Shown here piece by piece: positions 34,746-42,591 of a DNA stretch of 64,000 bases; the stretch's first letter is position 1, and each line of letters opens with the position of its first letter. This DNA is from an uncultured Kiritimatiellota bacterium. GTDB lineage: Bacteria; Verrucomicrobiota; Kiritimatiellia; RFP12; UBA1067. The stretch is taken from positions 640 to 64,639 of the forward strand of contig CAKURH010000004.1 of NCBI GenBank assembly GCA_934675625.1, read 5' to 3'. The notes under the pieces were generated by a model. The model had not been told where the DNA came from. It searched no databases and saw nothing but the letters and a program-made list of their open reading frames with translations. The position numbers were made by a program, and so were the translations under genes.

Positions 34746-37295
34746 CGCTACGACCCTCTCAGTCGGCTTGTGGCGCGGATGGACATCCTCGGCAACGAGA
34801 CGGCGATAGACTATTCGACGAATGGGCTGACGGCGACAGTCCTCAATCCGAACGGCTCGACGGAGATTACGTCGCGCGATGCCCGAGGCGAGGTCCGGTC
34901 TGTCACGGGCACGGCGGTCACGCCTGAATTCCGCACCTCCGGCGTGACAGCGGACGGCATCCGCTGGACGCGTGTCGTGCGCGGCGAGACGCCGGATGCG
35001 CCGCGCTTCACCCTTCGTTGCGAGAACATGCTCGGCCAGGTCGTCCGTGAGGAGCGGAGCGGCTTTCGGGGCACGGCTCTCGTGACGACCCACGCATACG
35101 ATGCCTACGGCCGCCTCGTTCGCACCGCCTCCGACGGCGAGCCGATGGTCGTTTACGCTTACGACGACTTCGGCGCACGCGTCGCCGAGACCCGCACGGT
35201 CGGGGGCGACTGTTCCGTTGATTCGCCCGAATGGCGCAAAAGCGAAACCCATGCCCGTTACTCACAGGTGGACGGCACCATTTGGCACGTCACGACCAAC
35301 GTCGACTTCTGCTCCGATGCGGCCATTGCGCCGCTCGTCGCCTCGCGGCGCATCCAGCTCACGGGACTCACGGCGGCGAATCCCGCGCGCCGCGTGAGCG
35401 TCGACGTGCGCGGCAACGTCACGGAGTTCTGGACGGAGTTCGCGGATGGCATTGTTACGACGAGGCACCGCGTTCCGGAGGTGACGAACGTCATCAGTGC
35501 CTGCGCACGGCTTGGCGTCCAGCTGGAGACCGTCTCGCTTTCGGCGGTCACAAACCGAATCGTCTACGATGCGCTCGGCCGAGCCTGTGCGGAGATTGAC
35601 GGACGCGGCAACGCGACGCGCACGGAATACGACGTCGCCGGGCGGCGTGCGGTGGCCTATGACGGCGCGGGGAACGCGACGCGCTACGCCTACGACCGGT
35701 TCGGGCGGCTCGCCGCCGTCACGAACGCGCTCGGACACGCCGTCGTCTACGAATACGACCTGCGCGGGCGCAAGACGTACGAGGGCGGCGCGACCTATCC
35801 CGTCCGCTATTCGTACGACGTCTTCGGCAACCGGATCTCGATGATGACCTACCGCGACGAATCAAAGGGGCTCGCTTCGGGCGACGTGACGCGCTGGCTC
35901 TACGACGAGGCGAGCGGCCTCATGACCAACAAGGTCTATGCGGACGGGCTGGGCCCCCGATACGAATACGACGCAAACGGCCGCCTCGTGAAGCGCACAT
36001 GGGCGCGCGGCATCGACACGTCCTACGCCTACGACGGATGGGGTGCGCTCACGAACACGGTCTATTCGGACGGCACATCGACCATCTCCACGCGGAACGA
36101 TGCGCTTGGGCGTCAGGTCGAGGCACATGACGCGGCGGGCGTGACGACGTTCGCCTACGACGCCTACGGCGCGAACACGAACGAGACGGTGATAGGCGTC
36201 GCGGGCACGAACGTCCTTGAACGCTTTACTGACGCCTACGGGCGCGATATCGGCTTCGCACTCAACGGCGAACGGCGTACGGTTCTCTCCCGCGACCCAG
36301 CGACAGGCCGTATCGCAGCAATGCGTGCGGCAGGCTGCGCAAACGATTTCGCATGGACGTATCATCCCGGATGCGACCTGAAGCATACGCTCCGCTACCC
36401 GAACGGTGCGCTCGTCACGTGGGAGTACGAGCCGCGACGCGACCTGATGACGCTCGTCTCGAACGACGTCTACTCGTCTTTCCGCTACACGTATGACGGG
36501 GCGGGCAAGCGCACCTCGAAGAACGACGAGCGCTATTCCTACAATGCGCGGGGCGAGCTGATCCTGGCGACGAACGTCGTCACGGGCACGGAGTTCGCCT
36601 ACCGCTACGATGACATCGGCAACCGGCTCTGGTCACGCGAGTTCGGCACGAACTGCACGTATGTCGCGAACGGGCTGAACCAGTACACGAACGTCGTGCG
36701 CGGCGGCGCTTCCGAGCGGTCGGCGTTCGACCTCGACGGCAACCAGACGAACGTCGTCACGGCCACGGGCGAGTGGGCGGTCGAGTACAACGGCGAGAAC
36801 CGGCCCGTGCGGTGGACGCGCACGTCGGACGGCGCGACGGTCCTGATGGCCTACGACCGCATGGGGCGGCGCGTCATGAAGAGCGACGAGACGTTCGTCT
36901 ACGACGGCTACCTGAACGTCAGTAAGACGGTCTGGGACCCGACCGAGCCCGTTGCGACGAGGCCGATAGTCTTTGACGAGACCGACTTGGTCTTTCTTTT
37001 CCATGATACGAACAAGAACGTCGTGGATGAGATTTCATTGTCAAGTGTTTACGGAAAGGAATATGCTCCATATGGAACTTTTTTAAAAGGGGAAAACATG
37101 TCGCCTTGGGGGTTTTCCTCGGAATATTTTGATCATTCATTGGCACTGATCTCGTACGGGTTTCGTGTATTGGATACTTTCTGCGGCAGATGGATGCAGC
37201 GAGATTCTTACGAGTTCGTCTTTGATTATCCCATTGTTGCGAATCAAGTTGTCAATAAAATTGATGTGCTGGGTTTATTTTTTTTATTACACTGA
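34746..37295 (+). pseudogene. rhs: rhs-family (YD-repeat) polymorphic-toxin gene, 5'-truncated; the core ends ..NKIDVLGL and stops 5 codons later
   Basis: Many YD repeats are present: RYDPLSRLV, YAYDAYGRLV, YAYDDFGARV, EYDVAGRR, YAYDRFGRLA, YEYDLRGRK, YSYDVFGNR, YEYDANGRLV, YAYDGWGAL, YTYDGAGKR and YRYDDIGNRL. The core-end motif is GRWMQRDS..IDVLGL. There is no N-terminal domain, start context or promoter. Rhs similarity begins at about 34720-34750. Confidence 0.8.
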
Positions 37296-37698
37296 ACATC
37301 CAGCTGGAACAATTCCAGGAAGTGGCTGGCCAAATCCTAATTGGACGGGTACAACAATTGTCACGAAAATGCCAGTACTTGATGTTTCTGTTCTTCATTG
37401 TATAGGCAAAAAGATAAAGTTTTATGCTGTCAGTCATGATATGCGAGTGGATACATATTATAGAGTTGAGCCTTCGTACAGATTGCGTCGTGATGAAGCA
37501 GACCATGTTTATTGTTATCGATGCTTCTACAGTGAATATGAAGCGGTTATCGCTCTGATTAAAGCCATTCCTTGTTCGTGCCCTAATGATGCAAATGCAT
37601 TGCGATTAAAGTATCTGGCTAGGCTTGTGTCGGCACAAATATCTTGCGATGCCTGTAATGCGAGATACGATCAACCGGGAGGTCCACATGGGCATTAA
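37273..37698 (+). CDS. Rhs C-terminal (toxin) domain ORF, lying in the +1 frame relative to the Rhs core
   Basis: The frame is open from before the T8 run (37278-37285) to TAA at 37698 and has no start codon of its own. Removing one T fuses ..DVLGLFF to YYTEHPAG... The domain is Cys-rich and AT-rich, and I recognise no family. Confidence 0.45.
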   Translation, partial: VYFFYYTEHPAGTIPGSGWPNPNWTGTTIVTKMPVLDVSVLHCIGKKIKFYAVSHDMRVDTYYRVEPSYRLRRDEADHVYCYRCFYSEYEAVIALIKAIPCSCPNDANALRLKYLARLVSAQISCDACNARYDQPGGPHGH

Positions 37699-38323
37699 GT
37701 CTTGCGTAGTGTCAATTATTCTAATTGCAACACTTGAATTAGATGCTGGATTATTTAATTCATTTGTCGTGACGAACTTTCATTGTCAAGCGGCGTTCAA
37801 GAGGACGGCTTGCGTCATGGCTCAAGACGCAAGGTCTGTCGTCATTGAGCCAGGCGGTCTTGATTCAGATGAACTGGCTCTTGCCAAATCCTTGGTGTTC
37901 TTGTCTCTGAGAAAGAGAAGTGTGCGTACAGAGGTTTCGCTTGACATAGATGAGCCTGTTCGACTTCGAGTCACGCCTTTTGAGGGCTGGACGGATTACG
38001 ATCTTTCCTTCTCGTATTTCGGTGCAAGAATTGATGCGTATGACGTGCAGTGCGTTCCGTTTGTCGTGACAAATCGACGCAATAACCATCGAATGAAGGT
38101 CGCGCTGTTCAAGTTCATGAAAGATGGACGTTTCGTGTTCGCCGAATATGCTAATCTGAACAATCTTCAAGTGTCACCGATTTTTGCGAGAAACTATACG
38201 ATGAGAACTTATTTGGCCTACCAGTCGGAGTTCCCGTGGCTTTCCGAAAAAGAAGTGGTGAGGCAGAAATCTTATATTGAATGGCATGGAAGCAAAGATC
38301 ATGAAGTGACATCGCAGATATGA
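37688..38323 (+). CDS. candidate immunity protein for the adjacent Rhs CT domain (N-terminal signal/anchor)
   Basis: GGAGG lies 6 nt upstream of the ATG, and the gene overlaps the toxin ORF end by 11 nt. The product is 211 aa. Its 5' half is duplicated at 42346-42591. Confidence 0.55.
   Translation: MGIKSCVVSIILIATLELDAGLFNSFVVTNFHCQAAFKRTACVMAQDARSVVIEPGGLDSDELALAKSLVFLSLRKRSVRTEVSLDIDEPVRLRVTPFEGWTDYDLSFSYFGARIDAYDVQCVPFVVTNRRNNHRMKVALFKFMKDGRFVFAEYANLNNLQVSPIFARNYTMRTYLAYQSEFPWLSEKEVVRQKSYIEWHGSKDHEVTSQI
37757..38002 (+). repeat. 246-bp direct repeat, copy 1 (inside the immunity gene)
   Basis: Aligned by eye to 42346-42591, it shows 10 substitutions and no indels. Confidence 0.9.
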
Positions 38324-38386
38324 ACGCATGCTTTTGCTTTGCCGGCAAACTCATAGCAAGTGGGGGTTCGTCGGTTGATAGGGTGC

Positions 38387-38965
38387 ATGATGAATGCTGT
38401 AAAGAAAAGAAGAAATAAGATTGTAGTCTACGTTCTCATTGGCGGTATCTTTTTAGCATCCCTTCATTGTTGCATTCCGATGATGGGCTGGCGGATGGTC
38501 TTTGACGGCGGGGACGTCAATCTGATTTCTGGGTATCGACGTGGCGAATGGTATGTCCTGCGCCAGGATGTGTTCGTTGTCAAGAGCAAAGCGTATGCTA
38601 TGGGGATGCTCGGCGTTGCCGTTCCTGAAAAGTACAAACTTCAGGGAAGTTATTACGCAGTTCCGCAGACCATTGGAGATTGGCGAAGTTCTAAAGACAG
38701 GGAACGCTTAGGTTGCAGTACTTTCAGCGATATCAGGGGTGTCATGCCCAAGGGAACGAAGATTGAGATTGTTGGAAGTAAGGTTGTCTATGCGGTCTCT
38801 TGGTGGTATGGTTTTGAGAAGGTTTTTTGCATTATGGCACAGGGCATGCTCAATGGACGAATAGTTGAATTTGAGATATCAGACCTCACAGACAGAAAAA
38901 CGAAAAAACCTTTTGAAACGTTGATTTCTCGTGATCAGGTTGGCCATAGGGAGAATATACGGTGA
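38387..38965 (+). CDS. membrane-anchored hypothetical protein (AT-rich cassette gene)
   Basis: ATG at 38387, with an N-terminal TM helix IVVYVLIGGIFLASL. I recognise no family. Confidence 0.45.
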   Translation: MMNAVKKRRNKIVVYVLIGGIFLASLHCCIPMMGWRMVFDGGDVNLISGYRRGEWYVLRQDVFVVKSKAYAMGMLGVAVPEKYKLQGSYYAVPQTIGDWRSSKDRERLGCSTFSDIRGVMPKGTKIEIVGSKVVYAVSWWYGFEKVFCIMAQGMLNGRIVEFEISDLTDRKTKKPFETLISRDQVGHRENIR

Positions 38966-39972
38966 AAATGAAGCTGAACAAATTCATTTGGAGAGGAAGC
39001 CTTGATTTCATGGTGGGGCTTGTTGTTCCTGTTGCTATCGGCATTGGAGTGGCGATGCTGTTTCTTTTGCGGCACGACTCGCCCCAAGTCCCGACGGCGA
39101 TTCGGCATGACGTCCGCCCGATTCAGACGAAGGACGTCGCAGCCCCGTCCGCGTCCCGTGCGTCGCAACCCCACACGTCAGTCGAGCCGGAAGACGTCTC
39201 GGTGGCGGTTGCCGTCGTCTGCGGACATGAGGCCGCGACCGCCGACCGCTACGAGGCGCGCAATGCCGCGCTTCTGTCTCTCTCCCGTCGCCGAGACCTG
39301 GGCGTGGACGATGTGCAGACCTTGATGGCGTATCTCCGTACGACAGGCGGCGCGTTGCACGTCGAACGCGAGGCCGCGCTGAAGAACGATGTCCTCAATC
39401 TTTTGCGGAATCAGGCGACGCTCCCGGACGGGCTTGTCGACCTGCTCATGGAAATGTTCGCCTGCAATGAGCAACCGTCGGCCGTTCGCGACTACGCGCT
39501 CCAACACCTCGGTGCCTTGCAGAAGGACGACCTTGATGCGCAGCAGCGACGAAACTGCCGAGATGTTTTTGTTGCGGCGGCGAAGGACATCCGCGAGCCT
39601 TTCGCGGGAACGGCACTCTATTCGCTGGCCGCAATCGAACAGATGTCAAAGACACAAGAAGCCGAGTTGCGTCGCCTGACGGTTGCCGCCTGTGGCGCGG
39701 CGGCGAATCCCCTCGCCCGGATGTCGGCCCTGCAGCTGGCCGGCGAGCGCGGCTACCGCGAGGTCTTGCCCGTCGTGCGGAAGCTGCTGGACGGGTCGCG
39801 TCGTAATGCGGTGACGGATATGGTCGCGGTCGGGACGCTGGGACTGCTTGGCGGTCGCGAAGACCTTTCTCGGCTGGAGCGAGTGAAGACGTGCGGCGGG
39901 CAACGTCTGCGTCCGGCGGTCGAGGTGGCCATCCGAAGAATTGAAGAACGTCTGAAACAGGAGGTGAAATGA
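38962..39972 (+). CDS. membrane-anchored HEAT/armadillo-like repeat protein
   Basis: An N-terminal TM helix is followed by repeated helical units with ..R..A...L..L motifs (PBS-lyase HEAT-like). The GTGA overlap with the upstream gene gives a possible GTG start at 38962, with ATG at 38968 as the alternative. GC rises to the host level after about 39050. Confidence 0.5.
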   Translation: MKMKLNKFIWRGSLDFMVGLVVPVAIGIGVAMLFLLRHDSPQVPTAIRHDVRPIQTKDVAAPSASRASQPHTSVEPEDVSVAVAVVCGHEAATADRYEARNAALLSLSRRRDLGVDDVQTLMAYLRTTGGALHVEREAALKNDVLNLLRNQATLPDGLVDLLMEMFACNEQPSAVRDYALQHLGALQKDDLDAQQRRNCRDVFVAAAKDIREPFAGTALYSLAAIEQMSKTQEAELRRLTVAACGAAANPLARMSALQLAGERGYREVLPVVRKLLDGSRRNAVTDMVAVGTLGLLGGREDLSRLERVKTCGGQRLRPAVEVAIRRIEERLKQEVK

Positions 39973-41060
39973 TGAAACTTGGTTTGTCTGTCGGTTTTGC
40001 CGCATTCGTGTTTGCCGCAGCGGCAACGCCGCGTCTGGAAGTCCCGTCAACGGGCGTTGCGCTCGGCGAGGTCGCCGCCGGCGAATCCGCGTCTGGAACG
40101 GTGACGATTCGGAACGCAGGTGATTCACCTCTCGGTGTCTCGCGGGTCAAGGCGTGCTGTGGTGCGACGGCGGAGCTGTCGAGCCTGGATCTTGCGCCGG
40201 GCGCGTCTGCCGTGCTGACGGTCACGCTGAAGTCGCAGTTGCCGGGCGAGATCTCGAAGTCCGTCCATCTCTATTGCGACGACCCGAAGAGCCCGGTTGC
40301 CGTCATCCTGGTGACGGGCATGGCCCGCGAGCGGCGTACGCCCGGTGCCGTGTCGCGCTTCACGCTTCCAGCTGTCGTTCTGGCTGGCGTCGCTGACGGA
40401 TTCAACCCCTGTGCGTTCTCCATCGTGATTGCGCTCGCGGGCATCCTCGCCGTCGGCGGATGGGCGTTCTGCTTCGGCTCGTTCCTGACCTACGTGCTGA
40501 TGGGGCTAGGCCTGATGCGGGCGCTCAAGGCACTGGACGGACTTGAGACCGTGCGGAATGTCGTGATGACGGCACTGGCGGTGTCGCTGTTTGTCCTCGC
40601 GTTTCTCAGCGTCCGCGACGCCTTCCGCTACCGTCGTGCCAGGGTGCCGTCGGTCATCACGCTCCATCTGCCGGATCGCGTGAAGAAGCTGATCCGCGTG
40701 GTGGCCGAGACGAGCTGGAGCGGCCCGACGGTGGTTGTCGCGGGAGTCGGGTGCGGATTCCTCGTGACGTTGCTCGACTCGCTCTGCACGGGGCAGATCT
40801 ATGTGCCCGTCCTTGCGCTCATCTCACGCGAGCCGGAATCCCTGCGCGCGTTCGCGATGCTGATCGTCTACAATCTCGCGTTCATTGCGCCGCTTGTCGC
40901 CGTGTTCGTCCTTGCGGCGAAGGGGGCGGACGCCGCGCAGATGTCCAAGTGGTCGAAGCGCAACGTCTTCCCGTCCAAGATCGGGCTTGGTGTCATGTTC
41001 GCTGTTCTGGGCGTCCTTGTCCTGCCGTGGTTCGGTGCGTGGCTGGAGAGCCTGTTCTGA
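39969..41060 (+). CDS. DUF1573 domain fused to a CcdA/DsbD-like thiol-disulfide transmembrane domain
   Basis: The N-terminal VALGEVAAGESASGTVTIRNAGDSPLGVSRVKACCGAT fits the DUF1573 pattern. It is followed by GFNPCAF.. (the NPC motif of the DsbD_2 family) and about 6 TM segments. The gene shares an ATGA overlap with the HEAT gene. Confidence 0.6.
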   Translation: MMKLGLSVGFAAFVFAAAATPRLEVPSTGVALGEVAAGESASGTVTIRNAGDSPLGVSRVKACCGATAELSSLDLAPGASAVLTVTLKSQLPGEISKSVHLYCDDPKSPVAVILVTGMARERRTPGAVSRFTLPAVVLAGVADGFNPCAFSIVIALAGILAVGGWAFCFGSFLTYVLMGLGLMRALKALDGLETVRNVVMTALAVSLFVLAFLSVRDAFRYRRARVPSVITLHLPDRVKKLIRVVAETSWSGPTVVVAGVGCGFLVTLLDSLCTGQIYVPVLALISREPESLRAFAMLIVYNLAFIAPLVAVFVLAAKGADAAQMSKWSKRNVFPSKIGLGVMFAVLGVLVLPWFGAWLESLF

Positions 41061-41077
41061 GGCTGTCGAAACACACA

Positions 41078-41653
41078 ATGTCCTCGCATATGCGCCCCCT
41101 CCGCTTCCCCGTCCCTCCGTGCCTCCGTGTGAGACGACCACGACATGCCTCGACCGATCCCTCTGCCGAGGAACTGCGCGCGGTGCGCTACCGCTTTCAG
41201 GGGCGCGAGCGCTCGGCGGCGACGGGGCTCGTCAACTTCCGCATGAGGTGGTACGATCCGGCGACGGGCCGCTGGCTCTCCAAGGATCCTATCGGACTTA
41301 GCGGCGGACTGAATTTGTATGCGTTCTGCGGGGGAAATCCTATTTTGCGGATTGATCCGCAGGGCGAAAGTGCAGCCTCAGTAACAATCACCGTTGTAGC
41401 ATTGTCATATCTTATATATAAACTTATTAAACACGCAAAATCGGTAAATGATAAAATGAAGGGCAGGGATGTGGATGATTTGTGTGATGTTGTTAATGGG
41501 GCCTTAGATGTCTGTTCGGAAACTATGTCTGCGATAACATCCCCAACAGGCATGATGCCTGATGAAAAATCGCCTTTGATAGATCCTTTGATAAGTCCTG
41601 CGATAGAAAATATGTGGAACGACACGTTTGATCGCATTAGGCCCTTAGATTAA
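41078..41653 (+). CDS. orphan Rhs C-terminal fragment: last c.50 aa of the core plus a distinct CT domain containing a TM helix
   Basis: YRFQGRERSAATGLVNFRMRWYDPATGRWLSKDPIGLSGGLNLYAFCGGNPILRIDPQGE is the canonical Rhs core end. An AT-rich c.105-aa tail follows, including VTITVVALSYLIYKLI. Whether it is translated from ATG 41078 is uncertain. Confidence 0.6.
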   Translation: MSSHMRPLRFPVPPCLRVRRPRHASTDPSAEELRAVRYRFQGRERSAATGLVNFRMRWYDPATGRWLSKDPIGLSGGLNLYAFCGGNPILRIDPQGESAASVTITVVALSYLIYKLIKHAKSVNDKMKGRDVDDLCDVVNGALDVCSETMSAITSPTGMMPDEKSPLIDPLISPAIENMWNDTFDRIRPLD

Positions 41654-41654
41654 A

Positions 41655-42074
41655 ATGAAGAGGATCTACTCTATCTGCGCGTTTCTTTTCCTGTTGGGCT
41701 CAGTGTCCGTTTACGCTGTCTTGGGCGTCCGCTTGGCTTTTTGTGCGGTGGTATTTGCGGATGCCAGTGAGTTGTCTCGTATGGCAGTGGAGGCCCTTGG
41801 TGACTTTGTTTTCTTTTGCTTATGCGCACGGATTCTTCTTTTGCTCGTGCGACAGTCTAAGATATCAAAGGCCTATGTATGGTGGTTCTTCCTTGCCGTT
41901 ACATGGATTGGTGTTATCCAGTTTTGTGCTTCTCAGTTAAGAGCCTTTCTGGAAATGTGGTTCTGCCTCTTCTTTATTTTATCACCTGTTTTTGTGGCTT
42001 TTGTGTTTTCGGTAAAGGATGTTGCCAAACGTAAAAAATTGACCCGAATCGAGGTGGATGATGCGAAATGCTGA
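41655..42074 (+). CDS. polytopic membrane protein, candidate immunity protein for the orphan CT domain
   Basis: The gene starts 1 nt after the orphan CT stop and encodes 139 aa with about 4 hydrophobic segments. It is AT-rich. Confidence 0.5.
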   Translation: MKRIYSICAFLFLLGSVSVYAVLGVRLAFCAVVFADASELSRMAVEALGDFVFFCLCARILLLLVRQSKISKAYVWWFFLAVTWIGVIQFCASQLRAFLEMWFCLFFILSPVFVAFVFSVKDVAKRKKLTRIEVDDAKC

Positions 42075-42276
42075 TTATTGCCGGACATTTAGATTGCTAA
42101 AAGCACAGGCATTGCGAGGTGTTGCCGAACTGATGTGGCTTGCGGGGACGGCGTATCGTGATGGGCATTTCCAGTGTGCCGGACAGAAGAAGGGTGTGCT
42201 CGTCCGTCGGAATGTCAGGTTGGCTTTGCATTGGCTCGAACGGGCGGCTGAAAAGCGTAGCGCTGGAGGAAAGGTG
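42058..42276 (+). other. Sel1/TPR-like repeat fragment (5' part of a chimeric ORF)
   Basis: ..AELMWLAGTAYRDG......RNVRLALHWLERAAEK resembles a single Sel1 repeat. It runs in frame into the truncated immunity copy. Confidence 0.3.
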
Positions 42277-42591
42277 ATGGACGTTAAGTGTTGTATCGCG
42301 ATGGTCGTCGCGGCCTGTGCATTAGGGCTGCATGCCGAGTTTTTCAATTCGTTTGTCGTGACGAACTTTCATTGTCAAGCGACGTTCAAGAGGACGGCTT
42401 GCGTCATGGCTCAAGACGCAAGGTCTGTCGTCATTGAGCCAGGCGGTCTTGATTCAGACGAACTGGCTCTTGCCAAATCCTTGGTGTTCTTGTCGCTGAG
42501 AAAGAGAAGTGAGCGTACCGAGGTTTCGGTTGACATAGAAGAGCCTGTTCGACTTCGCGTCACTCCTTTTGAGGGCTGGACGGATTACGAT
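42277..42591 (+). pseudogene. truncated second copy of the 37688..38323 immunity gene
   Basis: It has its own GGAGGAAAGG SD and an ATG at 42277. The signal region is divergent. The following 246 bp are 236/246 identical to copy 1, ending abruptly at the island/chromosome junction. Confidence 0.7.
42346..42591 (+). repeat. 246-bp direct repeat, copy 2
   Basis: See 37757-38002. Confidence 0.9.

Larger units (their letters stand above)
30240..42591. mobile_element. mosaic accessory island: prophage remnant + rhs polymorphic-toxin locus (no integrase seen)
   Basis: The region departs from host strand bias, promoter type and GC. It holds phage-like genes with canonical SD sites, a truncated rhs gene, orphan CT/immunity cassettes and internal direct repeats. 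Confidence 0.65.

Noticed and set aside
33699-35252. The long (517-aa) version of the first phage-like gene
   Set aside because: The N-terminal 185 codons run antisense through the YD-repeat region and are Arg-rich nonsense. An internal ATG at 34697 with a GGAGGAG SD gives a coherent 332-aa protein.
34746-42074. Assignment of the Rhs proteins to a secretion route (T6SS, T7SS or other)
   Set aside because: The N-terminal delivery domain is missing. No VgrG, PAAR, Hcp, chaperone or other secretion genes are present in the window, so no route can be supported.
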